From the NCBI GenBank assembly GCA_965205025.1, contig CBDBFU010000032.1, forward strand, positions 202,571 through 266,570: a stretch of DNA of 64,000 nt. Reading direction: 5' to 3'. This DNA is from Candidatus Poribacteria bacterium (GTDB taxonomy: Bacteria > Poribacteria > WGA-4E > WGA-3G). Under the pieces are notes generated by a model. That model saw nothing but the letters and a program-made list of their open reading frames with translations. It searched no databases and was not told where the DNA came from. The translations under genes and the position numbers were made by a program. Below, piece by piece: positions 32,448 to 41,851 of this stretch (within the stretch, counting starts at the first letter, position 1; each line of letters starts with the position of its first letter).

Positions 32448-32579
32448 TACCTGAATATGTAGGAAACCATACAACCAATATTTTAGGCACGGCAAAACTG
32501 TTTCCGTCGTGCTTTTGTTCTATAAAAGGTTTCAAACATTACATTTTTTGAAATACAGAAAACAAGGAGGTGAGATGAT

Positions 32580-32870
32580 TTGGCAATTGATGCAACAAGG
32601 AAGCAGGAGATAATTGAAAAGCATCAAATACATGATAAAGACACCGGTTCGCCAGAGGCGCAGGTCGCGGTATTAAATGCGCGTATTCAGGAATTAACGC
32701 AACATTTTCAGACGCATAAAAAAGATCACCATTCAAGACATGGACTATTTCGTTTGGTTGGAAAACAACGCCGTTTGTTAAGATACGTCTATAAGAAAGA
32801 CGTCCCAAGATATTATCGTTTAATTAATGAACTTGGAATTCGCGACACAATCGGTTCACAAAGAAGTTAA
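32580..32870 (+). CDS. rpsO: 30S ribosomal protein S15
   Basis: DTGSPEAQVA, HKKDHHSR and RRLLRY; AAGGAGGTG RBS; TTG start. Confidence 0.97.
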   Translation: MAIDATRKQEIIEKHQIHDKDTGSPEAQVAVLNARIQELTQHFQTHKKDHHSRHGLFRLVGKQRRLLRYVYKKDVPRYYRLINELGIRDTIGSQRS

Positions 32871-32910
32871 ATATTCCACCGTAAGCATTTTGGTATTAGG
32901 AGGATGATTA

Positions 32911-35223
32911 GTGAAAGTAGAAATGCAACTCGGAAGCGAAAAGCTATCGATTGAAATGGGAAAAGTTGCTAAACAAGCAGATGGGGCCGTTTGGGTACAA
33001 TACGGTGGAACAGTTGTGTTAGTGACGGTAGTAGCAGATGATTCTGAAAATAACCTTGATTTTTTCCCTTTGACTGTAGATTATAGAGAAAGAGCCTACG
33101 CTGCAGGACGTATACCAACAGTATATGGCAGACGTGAACCACGACCCGGAACATCCGAACAACTCGTCGCACGTCTAATTGACCATTGTATCCGTCCACT
33201 TTTCCCTAAGGATTTTAAAGCTGAAGTACAAGTACTATGTACAGTCTTGTCTTCAGATGGTATTCATCCAGCTGATGTTCCAGCATTAATTGGGACTTCT
33301 GCTGCATTATCTGTTTCAGATATTCCATTCAATGGTCCAGTTGCGGCTGTAACTATTGGAAAAAAAGATGAAAAATTGATAATTAATCCCACTTATGATG
33401 AATTACATAGTTCGGAAGTAGAGCTTTTTGTAAGTGGTACAGCGAACGCAGTGATGTCTGTTGAAGGTGGTGGACATGAAATACCAGACGACGAAGTCAT
33501 TGATACAATTATCGCTGCTCACGAAGAAATCAAAGAGATAATAAAACTTCAAGAGGGTATTGTTGCTGTATGTAGTAAGAAAAAACGGGAATTTGAAGCT
33601 ATAACCGTTGAAGATACATTGAATTCACGGGTAAGAGATCTGGCAACCACACGGATTCGTGAATCCATAGGTATGTCAGATAAACAACTACGTGAGGATT
33701 ACTTACAGCAAGTCCAGTCAGATATTTTGTCTGAAATCCAAGAAGATGGTCCAGAAGAAATTGACCCAAATGCTGAAAAAGATGCAAGATCAATTTTAAG
33801 TGATATCGAAAAAGAAGAGATGCGCCAAGCCATTTTGAGTGAAGGTAAACGTGTCGATGGACGTGGTGTTACTGATATACGGACTATTTCTGGTGAAGTT
33901 GCTCTCTTACCAAGAACACACGGTTCCGCTCTCTTTACACGGGGACAAACACAAGCGTTGTGTGTAACAACTCTCGGTACATCAGGGGACGAGGATGTAC
34001 AACGTGGATTAGATGGAGAAGTTCGACGCGCATTCTTTTTACATTACAATTTCCCACCCTTCAGTACAGGTGAAGTCAAACGTATGATGGGACCAGGTCG
34101 ACGCGAGATCGGTCACGGTTCTCTGGCACAGAAAGCTCTTGAACCTGTCATTCCTTCAAAAGAAGATTTCAATTATACAATCCGTGTGGTATCAGAAATT
34201 CTCGAATCGAATGCCTCATCATCAATGGCAACTGTTTGTGGGGCATCACTATCGCTATTGGATGCAGGTGTACCATTAAAAAGACCAGTCGCTGGTATCG
34301 GTGTCGGTCTTATCAAAGAAGGTGAGCATGAGGTGATTCTAACTGATATGTTAGGAACTGAAGATTTTCTGGGTGATATGGATTTTAAGATTGCTGGTAC
34401 TTCCGATGGGGTAACTGCTATCCAGATGGATATAAAGATCGATGGAGTTACACCAGAACTCATGCGAAGGGCAATTCATCAAGCAAAAGAAGCGCGACTA
34501 TCTGTCATAGATCAGATGAATGCTGTGATTAGTCAACCTCGTCCTGAATTATCAGAATATGCACCGAGAATATATTCACTCCAAATTGCACCCCAAAAGA
34601 TCAAGGATCTCATAGGTCCACGGGGGAAGACTGTTCAAGGTATTCAGGAAGAAACTAACACTACTATCAACATTGATGATAATGGCACAGTCGAAATAGC
34701 TTCCACAAGTGCCGAAGATGTTAGACTCGCCGAAGAAAAGATACGCGCAGTAACAGCAATGCCTGAAATAGGTAAAGAATATGAAGGTAAAGTTGTTAGA
34801 ACTGCTTCCTTTGGTGCATTTGTAGAGATACTTCCTGGAAAAGATGGACTTGTCCATATATCACAAATGGGGGATGGATATGTCCGAAGAGCTGAAGATG
34901 TCATGAAAGTTGGGGATGAGGTTACTGTTAAAATCTTGACAATTGATGAACAAGGAAGAATTGATCTATCACTTATTGCTGCAAACGGTGTACCACTTGA
35001 AGAACTTGATACATCCTCGGATTCGGATTCTGGATCTGGCTCAGATAATGATTCTGAGCAAGATCAACGCGAACCCCGTGAGCAGAATAGATCAAACTAT
35101 CGAGATAACCGGCAGAACAGAGACAATCGCGAACGACGAAACAATAAGTATGATCAGCAACGTGATAATTCGCGAGATAACCGAAATCGAAGATCTCCAC
35201 GTATTCCTAAAGGTAGGTTTTAA
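32911..35223 (+). CDS. pnp: Polyribonucleotide nucleotidyltransferase (PNPase)
   Basis: FFPLTVDYRE, HGSALFTRGQTQ, RREIGHG, GDMDFKIAG; KH and S1 domains; follows rpsO. Confidence 0.97.
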   Translation: MKVEMQLGSEKLSIEMGKVAKQADGAVWVQYGGTVVLVTVVADDSENNLDFFPLTVDYRERAYAAGRIPTVYGRREPRPGTSEQLVARLIDHCIRPLFPKDFKAEVQVLCTVLSSDGIHPADVPALIGTSAALSVSDIPFNGPVAAVTIGKKDEKLIINPTYDELHSSEVELFVSGTANAVMSVEGGGHEIPDDEVIDTIIAAHEEIKEIIKLQEGIVAVCSKKKREFEAITVEDTLNSRVRDLATTRIRESIGMSDKQLREDYLQQVQSDILSEIQEDGPEEIDPNAEKDARSILSDIEKEEMRQAILSEGKRVDGRGVTDIRTISGEVALLPRTHGSALFTRGQTQALCVTTLGTSGDEDVQRGLDGEVRRAFFLHYNFPPFSTGEVKRMMGPGRREIGHGSLAQKALEPVIPSKEDFNYTIRVVSEILESNASSSMATVCGASLSLLDAGVPLKRPVAGIGVGLIKEGEHEVILTDMLGTEDFLGDMDFKIAGTSDGVTAIQMDIKIDGVTPELMRRAIHQAKEARLSVIDQMNAVISQPRPELSEYAPRIYSLQIAPQKIKDLIGPRGKTVQGIQEETNTTINIDDNGTVEIASTSAEDVRLAEEKIRAVTAMPEIGKEYEGKVVRTASFGAFVEILPGKDGLVHISQMGDGYVRRAEDVMKVGDEVTVKILTIDEQGRIDLSLIAANGVPLEELDTSSDSDSGSGSDNDSEQDQREPREQNRSNYRDNRQNRDNRERRNNKYDQQRDNSRDNRNRRSPRIPKGRF

Positions 35224-35402
35224 TTTGGATAATACGTAATCAGAAGAGCTAATATAAATGGCTCATTTGGAGAGAATCACACTTTATTCTGTAATTTAAA
35301 TCGGCGAATTTCAAATACTGACTACTTACTTTTAACAAATCGTAAGGTGTTGAATGGATTTTGATTTTCGCCTTTTTATATATACAAATCATAGGTGCAC
35401 TC

Positions 35403-35669
35403 ATGAGAAATAGGAACACAAAAGTTAGAAGACAAATTCAACTCAATAAAGGTGACTTACTATCACAGAAATGGATGACAAATCTTCTAACCATAATCCT
35501 GTTGATACTAATAATTGCATTTATTACATTATCAATCCCATCGGTAAAAAAACAGGTTGTGAATTTTGTAAGAGTGTTATTGTATGGTAAAGAAAAAAGA
35601 CCTGAACGACCTAAAGTTGCACCGGTTCGAATGCATATTCCTGTAGAAATAAACATAAATTTTTTATGA
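35403..35669 (+). CDS. Small single-TM hypothetical protein
   Basis: About 88 aa with one long hydrophobic helix; AGGTG upstream of ATG. Confidence 0.5.
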   Translation: MRNRNTKVRRQIQLNKGDLLSQKWMTNLLTIILLILIIAFITLSIPSVKKQVVNFVRVLLYGKEKRPERPKVAPVRMHIPVEININFL

Positions 35670-35764
35670 GGATATTAAGCATGATTATTAATCATTTTCA
35701 ATCTTTTAAGTCTATTATACAAAAATATCATTTATTCTCTATTTTTATAAGACATACGAAAGTT

Positions 35765-36304
35765 ATGTTGAAGTTTTCTCATAGACAAAATAAACTATCC
35801 TACTTTGTTTGTTTTATTATTCCCTCTGTTTTATTATTCGTAGGATGTGGCTATGTATCTACTTCATCATATCTTGAACATATAGATACTATCCGTATTG
35901 AACCTGTTCAAATTTTGGATGCAGATATTGCCTATGACAATGTTTCTCAGAGACCTTATGAGGAAGTGATTCATGAAAAATTGACCAATCGTTTTAATCG
36001 TAAATGGAGTGATGGGTCTGATTCCAAATTCACTATCCGGATTATGGATTATCATATTAAGGAACAGGGATATGGTCCCAGTGGAAATGTAGAAATGCTT
36101 CGTATGAGTTTACAGGTTGAGTATGAGTTTATTGATAATGTGAGGGATAATCTCATCGCAAAAACTGATAATCACCTGCAAATCCATGATTTCTATATCG
36201 TTGAGAATAGAGGAGAACCACCAGAGACTGTTGATCAAGCGAAAACTTTGATAATTGATGAACTTATTGAGGATCTATATAATCAGCTTGCAGAACAATG
36301 GTAA
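35765..36304 (+). CDS. LptE-like LPS assembly lipoprotein
   Basis: Lipobox FVGC followed by GY, a beta-rich core and a C-terminal amphipathic helix ending in W. Confidence 0.55.
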   Translation: MLKFSHRQNKLSYFVCFIIPSVLLFVGCGYVSTSSYLEHIDTIRIEPVQILDADIAYDNVSQRPYEEVIHEKLTNRFNRKWSDGSDSKFTIRIMDYHIKEQGYGPSGNVEMLRMSLQVEYEFIDNVRDNLIAKTDNHLQIHDFYIVENRGEPPETVDQAKTLIIDELIEDLYNQLAEQW

Positions 36305-36308
36305 TATT

Positions 36309-37394
36309 ATGAAAAGTATAGGACCTGTTTTGCTTAGCTTCGTTTTTATCGCCTTAATATCATGCCAACAAGAACAAGGTAAATATACAACTGTTCATCA
36401 AGAAGGAAGTTACATCTACGGGGTCTGGAAAGCTCCTACAAAAGTAATTGCTTCTGATGTAATTACTGTAGTTTCAAATAAAATCCGAACAAATTCAACA
36501 AATAATCCAATAAATACCCAACTTGAAAAAAATAAAGACAAAAAACAGAAAGAAGCAACTCAGAATTCGACTAACAATGGTGGATTCGACCCAACCCAAA
36601 AACCACTACCATATATAACTAATGATGCACCAGAATTATTGTTACCTAAGAACGGTGATACCAATGATTGGGTGCATGCAGGAACACCCTCTACTTATAA
36701 CTCCGATACATTATATAATGATCGTTTCGTTTCTCCAGACATATATTACAATTATGGGTTTCAACGACAAGCGGAAGTGGAATACCAAAGTCCAAAACAT
36801 CGATCAACTCCTTTAATCTTAGTCGAGATATTTGATATGGGATCTCCAGAGAACGCATTTGGAATTTATAGTGTATACTCCTACTCACATCAAGAGTTTG
36901 AATGGATCGGATGTAAGGCAATTATTTCACCAAAATATATTCGATTCTGGAAAGGGAAGTACTTTATTCAAATTGAAGGTTATGAGATTGCAACACCTAT
37001 TCGAATAGGAATGATTGATCTTGCTAAAGTCATAGCAAAAAATATAAAAGATACAACGAAAGATATACCGTTGTTTAAACTGTTGCCAAATCCACACATA
37101 AATGGTAGTCAAAAGTTCTTTTCCAACAATTGGTCTCTTCGTTATATTGATAAATCTTTACCAAAAATTATTCCTGAATTAACGGAGGGTACAATGGGTA
37201 TTTCTGCAAAATACTATGATATAAATAATAAGAAATCACTTAATCCATATACAGTATTTCTTCTCCATTTTCCTAATGCTTTGGAAGCAGAATCTGCATT
37301 TTATGATTATCGGACCAGTTTATTGAATGAAAAAATTCCAACAATTGAATCTAATAGTAGCATTACAATAAATGAACAATTTGTAGAACATTAA
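36309..37394 (+). CDS. Lipoprotein, DUF6599-like
   Basis: Lipobox LISC; YNSDTLY, EIFDMGSPENAFGIYS and FWKGKYFIQI pattern. Confidence 0.6.
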   Translation: MKSIGPVLLSFVFIALISCQQEQGKYTTVHQEGSYIYGVWKAPTKVIASDVITVVSNKIRTNSTNNPINTQLEKNKDKKQKEATQNSTNNGGFDPTQKPLPYITNDAPELLLPKNGDTNDWVHAGTPSTYNSDTLYNDRFVSPDIYYNYGFQRQAEVEYQSPKHRSTPLILVEIFDMGSPENAFGIYSVYSYSHQEFEWIGCKAIISPKYIRFWKGKYFIQIEGYEIATPIRIGMIDLAKVIAKNIKDTTKDIPLFKLLPNPHINGSQKFFSNNWSLRYIDKSLPKIIPELTEGTMGISAKYYDINNKKSLNPYTVFLLHFPNALEAESAFYDYRTSLLNEKIPTIESNSSITINEQFVEH

Positions 37395-37468
37395 CAATTA
37401 GGCACAATATTGAATTTGTAAGTGTTTTTCTATTGAAAAATAGTAATTTGGAATTAAAAGGAGTAATT

Positions 37469-38224
37469 ATGCGTGGTGATTTTGAAGCATATCTGAATGA
37501 TGACTTTCGTGATGATTCTGGTAATTTGAACCTAAACACACTACTTGAATTAGAAGATGAGGCATCTATGGATGTAGCAGTCGTCATGCCTACACCTCAA
37601 CCAAATCCACAGAACGATGAACTTGCTGATGTCATTCGAGGTAACAAACGGACACTTGGATGTTCTCTTATACATCCTACCGAACCTGACCCAATTGAGA
37701 AAGTCAAATTATCAGCAGATGACTGGGGAATGCGCGGTATTAAACTAATGCCTGCGATACACAACTACAATGTAGATGACCCAATGGTACGTCCTGTCGT
37801 TGAGGCTGCCCATGACTGTGGCTTGATTATCTCAATTCATTCTGGACCTAATAATTGCCATCCAAATCGGATCGGAACCGTTGCAAGTTGGGTTCCAGAA
37901 ACACCTGTGATAATGGATCACATGGGATTTCCAGATGACTTAGATGCTGCTATATCACAAGCAAAGGAAAAAAAGAATATCTATTTGGGGACAACTATAC
38001 TCCGTTTTCATCGTCGATGGGGAACAGACCCGGATACTGTTGTTCCTACAGAAGTCAAGAATGCTGTTGACACACTTGGACCAGAACAAATAGTATTTGG
38101 TTCCAACCTACCAGAGTACAGACCAATTCAAGTTGTAAACGCAATTAAACGGTTAAATCTTGATGAGGATGCTGAAGCATTAATATTTGGTGATAATCTC
38201 GCACGTATTTATGGATTAACGTAA
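37469..38224 (+). CDS. Amidohydrolase_2 family TIM-barrel hydrolase
   Basis: RGIKLMP, SIHSG, MDHMG, FGSNLP and IFGDNLARIY. Confidence 0.8.
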   Translation: MRGDFEAYLNDDFRDDSGNLNLNTLLELEDEASMDVAVVMPTPQPNPQNDELADVIRGNKRTLGCSLIHPTEPDPIEKVKLSADDWGMRGIKLMPAIHNYNVDDPMVRPVVEAAHDCGLIISIHSGPNNCHPNRIGTVASWVPETPVIMDHMGFPDDLDAAISQAKEKKNIYLGTTILRFHRRWGTDPDTVVPTEVKNAVDTLGPEQIVFGSNLPEYRPIQVVNAIKRLNLDEDAEALIFGDNLARIYGLT

Positions 38225-38279
38225 TCTCTAATTTAACATAATCGTTAAGTCAATAAATATTTCTCTATTGGTAAGAGTC

Positions 38280-39350
38280 ATGAGAAGAACACCACTGTAT
38301 GAAGTTCACAAATCCCTAAATGCCAAATTCACAGAATTTAGTGGTTGGGATATGCCTGTCCAATATAGCAGCATTGTTAAGGAACATTTAGCTGTAAGAA
38401 AGTCAGTTGGGTTGTTTGATCTCTCTCATATGGGAGAAATTGACATTAAGGGGAATGGTGCTAAGGAATTAGTGACGAAACTATGTACAAATGATGTGAG
38501 TAGGTTAGTTAATGGTCAAGCATTATATACACTCTTGTGTAATGAAAATGGTGGTATAGTTGATGATATTCTGGTATACAGACTTTCTGAAAAAAGTTAC
38601 ACATTGGTAGTGAATGCAGGAAATATTGAAAAAGACTTGGTATGGTTCAAGACGCATAATGACACAGATGCAGAAATATCTGATGATAGCAAAAATACGG
38701 TATTGATTGCAATTCAAGGTCCAAAATCTTTAGACATCTTGAATCAATATGTTCCAGGTCATGATCTATCAGAAATTTCTTTTTTTCGGTTTGTCATTGA
38801 TGAAATTGCAAGAATACCAGCAGCAATCTCTCGTACGGGGTATACTGGTGAGTTAGGTTTTGAACTGTATATTAATAGTAAAAATGCTTTAGACCTATGG
38901 AACATACTTTATCCTGATGTAATAAAAGCAGGAGGTTTACCTGTTGGACTCGGTGCTCGAGACACACTAAGACTTGAAGCCGGTCTTAGGTTATATGGTA
39001 TGGATATGGACGAGAATACCACGCCTTTTGATGTAGGATTAGGAAGGTTCGTAAAGTTTAAGGATAGAGATTTTATAGGTAAGAGTATATTATTGGCTCA
39101 AAAGGAGAAGGGGAACCAACAGAAGAAGTTAGTTGGTTTTAAAATGCTTGATCGTGCTGTTGCACGTTGTGGGTATACTGTCTATAAAGATGGAAATCCT
39201 ATCGGAGAAGTAACAAGTGGTGCTCCTTCTCCAAGCTTGAAATGTAATATCGGTTTTGCTTTAATTCAAAATCAAAAAGTTAAACATTTAGAAATTGAAA
39301 TACGAGGAAAAATGCATCCAACCGAAATCGTCAAAATGCCTTTTATTTAA
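38280..39350 (+). CDS. gcvT: Glycine cleavage system aminomethyltransferase T
   Basis: FDLSHMGEI, SRTGYTGELGFE and GLGARDTLRLEAG. Confidence 0.96.
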   Translation: MRRTPLYEVHKSLNAKFTEFSGWDMPVQYSSIVKEHLAVRKSVGLFDLSHMGEIDIKGNGAKELVTKLCTNDVSRLVNGQALYTLLCNENGGIVDDILVYRLSEKSYTLVVNAGNIEKDLVWFKTHNDTDAEISDDSKNTVLIAIQGPKSLDILNQYVPGHDLSEISFFRFVIDEIARIPAAISRTGYTGELGFELYINSKNALDLWNILYPDVIKAGGLPVGLGARDTLRLEAGLRLYGMDMDENTTPFDVGLGRFVKFKDRDFIGKSILLAQKEKGNQQKKLVGFKMLDRAVARCGYTVYKDGNPIGEVTSGAPSPSLKCNIGFALIQNQKVKHLEIEIRGKMHPTEIVKMPFI

Positions 39351-39417
39351 AGATGAACACTTAAGAGTAGCTCAAATATAAAGTCTGTGTGTCGTAAGTT
39401 GTTGAGGTAAAAAAGAT

Positions 39418-41412
39418 ATGGGAAATTACATGAGGTTCTTATTCTGCTTCTTAGTTCTTAGAGTACTTCTCTCACCCTTATATGCACAGGTTTACCCACA
39501 GGTAGTTTCTGAAAAAGATGGAGAATCGGCGAAAATTGATAAAGCAGGAGAGTCTACAGTCCAATTAGTTAGAGGTGACAATTCGCCTGCAATTGGCACC
39601 GGATTCTTTGTTGCTCGGGATAAGATTGCAACGAGTTTTCAAGTTGTCGCAAATCTTATCACTAGTCCTATTTTCGTCAAATTAGGTGATAAGGAAACAA
39701 CCTTGACAGTAGAAGGCGTAGCTGCCTTTGATATGAAGAACGACATTGTCATTCTCAAAATTACGGGGGAAGGCACGCCACTGCCCTTAGGTAACAGCGA
39801 TACGCTCAAAATTCGTGAAACCGTTTATGTTGTGGGTTGCCCCAATCCCCAGGCAAAATTCGAGGTTACAGTCGGAACTGTAGAACACATACGTAGTAGT
39901 GATAAATGGATACAGACAACTATTCAAACTTATATGAAGAACAGTGGTGCACCAGTGCTAAACAGTATGGGGGAAGTCATAGGAATACACATGGGTAGTT
40001 TCTTGGACACTACTCCCGAATTCATACCCAAGAAATTGGGAGAAGACAAACCTTATGACACTTGTCCTTCAAATGTACTCAAAGCATTGTTATCGGCCTC
40101 TACATCAACCGAACCCATTCGGAAATGGATGGTAAGAGAACGTGTTAGCGCATATATCCTCCACAAACGTGGACAAAAGGATTATTATGCTGGTTTCTAT
40201 GAAAGAGCAGTTGCTGAATTTGATATATCCATCAAACTAAACCCAAAGTATTCGGAAACATACATATATAGAGCTCAAGCAAATTTATTTCGTGAAGGAA
40301 GTAAAAATGCAGTAAAGGATTATACCAAGGCAATTACACTTAATCCAAATGACGCAGCCACGTACTTTAATCGAGGTTTTACAAAGAGTCTCCATGGTGA
40401 TTTTCAAGGAGTAATAGAAGATATCAATCAAGCAATTCGTATGGAACCTGACTATTCTAATGTTTATTTATTCTACGAACTGTGCGGAAAGGCAAAATAC
40501 GAACTTGGTAATTATGTAGAGGCTATAGATAATTTTACTCAAGCAATTTATATTAAACCTAAAGAGGCAAAGAGTTACGGCTGGCGCGGTGCAGCAAAAG
40601 CTGCCCTTGATGATTATGACGGTGCTATAAAAGACTATAATCAAGCTATTAAAAATAAACCTGATGATACTAAAGGGTATGTTAGTCGTGCGCGTGCAAA
40701 GGCTGCCCTTGGTAATTATGAGGAGGCAATCGCTGACCATGATAAAGCTATAGAACTAAATTCTGAAGATGCCTATCTCTATAGTCTTCGTGGTGAAACA
40801 AAGGCTGCCTTTAGTGAATATGAGGAGGCAATCGCTGATCATGATAAAGCTATAAATCTCAATCCTCGGAGTCCATTTCTCCGTATATCTCTCGGTAAAA
40901 CAAAAGCTGCAAGTGGTAATTATGAGGAGGCAATCGCCGAATATGATAAAGCCATAAAACTAATATCTGGTGCTCCATTACTTTTTAGCTCTCGCGGTGA
41001 GGTAAAAGCAGTAGTTGGAGATTATGAAGGCGCAATTGCTGACTATGATAAAGCCATAAATCTAATACAAGAAGGTAATTCTCTTTATTCAGGAGATGCC
41101 CATTTTTTTCATGGTCGTGCGGATGTGAAGAATGCAAGTGGTGATTACGAAGGCGCAATCATTGACTACAATCAGGCTATAAAACTAAAACCCGAATATG
41201 GTAAAGCTTACAATGACCGTGGACTTACAAAGGTTGCCTTTAAGGACTATGTTGGTGCGATTAGTGACTACGATAAAGCGATTGAACTTAATCCGAAATT
41301 TGCTAAAGCATACCACAACCGCGGGCTTGCAAAGCAAGCGTTTGGGCAACATGAAGCAGCAAAAGTTGACTTTGAAAAGGCAAATAAGATAGACCCAAAT
41401 GTTGGAAAATAA
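39418..41412 (+). CDS. Secreted trypsin-like (S1) domain plus TPR-array protein
   Basis: Signal peptide; GTGFFV, DIVILK and NSGAPVLN...VIGI; about 11-12 TPRs. Confidence 0.88.
   Translation: MGNYMRFLFCFLVLRVLLSPLYAQVYPQVVSEKDGESAKIDKAGESTVQLVRGDNSPAIGTGFFVARDKIATSFQVVANLITSPIFVKLGDKETTLTVEGVAAFDMKNDIVILKITGEGTPLPLGNSDTLKIRETVYVVGCPNPQAKFEVTVGTVEHIRSSDKWIQTTIQTYMKNSGAPVLNSMGEVIGIHMGSFLDTTPEFIPKKLGEDKPYDTCPSNVLKALLSASTSTEPIRKWMVRERVSAYILHKRGQKDYYAGFYERAVAEFDISIKLNPKYSETYIYRAQANLFREGSKNAVKDYTKAITLNPNDAATYFNRGFTKSLHGDFQGVIEDINQAIRMEPDYSNVYLFYELCGKAKYELGNYVEAIDNFTQAIYIKPKEAKSYGWRGAAKAALDDYDGAIKDYNQAIKNKPDDTKGYVSRARAKAALGNYEEAIADHDKAIELNSEDAYLYSLRGETKAAFSEYEEAIADHDKAINLNPRSPFLRISLGKTKAASGNYEEAIAEYDKAIKLISGAPLLFSSRGEVKAVVGDYEGAIADYDKAINLIQEGNSLYSGDAHFFHGRADVKNASGDYEGAIIDYNQAIKLKPEYGKAYNDRGLTKVAFKDYVGAISDYDKAIELNPKFAKAYHNRGLAKQAFGQHEAAKVDFEKANKIDPNVGK
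40609..41070 (+). repeat. 102-bp tandem units encoding TPR motifs
   Basis: Near-identical TATGAGGAGGCAATCGC.GA..ATGATAAAGC.ATA blocks recur near 40717, 40819, 40921 and 41023. Confidence 0.75.
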
Positions 41413-41464
41413 GGTCTATCGTATAATTTTCACCCAACTATCAAGACACGTGAAGGAAAATTAG

Positions 41465-41851
41465 ATGATTCCATATAATTTAAAATACAATGAAAGTCAT
41501 GAATGGGTAAGACAAGATGGTGAAATTGCTACAATTGGTATCACAGACTATGCACAATCAGAAATACAAGATATAGTTTTTGTAGAATTACCTGATGTTG
41601 GTACACAAATAACACATAAAACAGAATTTGGTGTGATTGAATCTGTAAAAGCTGCATTTGACTTATATGCTCCAGTTAGTGGAGAAGTAATTGAAGTAAA
41701 TGAATCTCTCCTTGATGCCCCAGAACAGGTAAACGAATCTCCCTATGATGAAGGTTGGTTTCTGAAAATTAAGATGACCGATCAAAGTGAACTTGATGCA
41801 CTTCTTGATGCAGACGGTTACCAAGCACATATTGAGGGGGACGATGCCTAA
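41465..41851 (+). CDS. gcvH: Glycine cleavage system H protein
   Basis: SHEWV, GITDYAQ, ESVKAA lipoyl Lys and NESPYDEGW. Confidence 0.97.
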   Translation: MIPYNLKYNESHEWVRQDGEIATIGITDYAQSEIQDIVFVELPDVGTQITHKTEFGVIESVKAAFDLYAPVSGEVIEVNESLLDAPEQVNESPYDEGWFLKIKMTDQSELDALLDADGYQAHIEGDDA

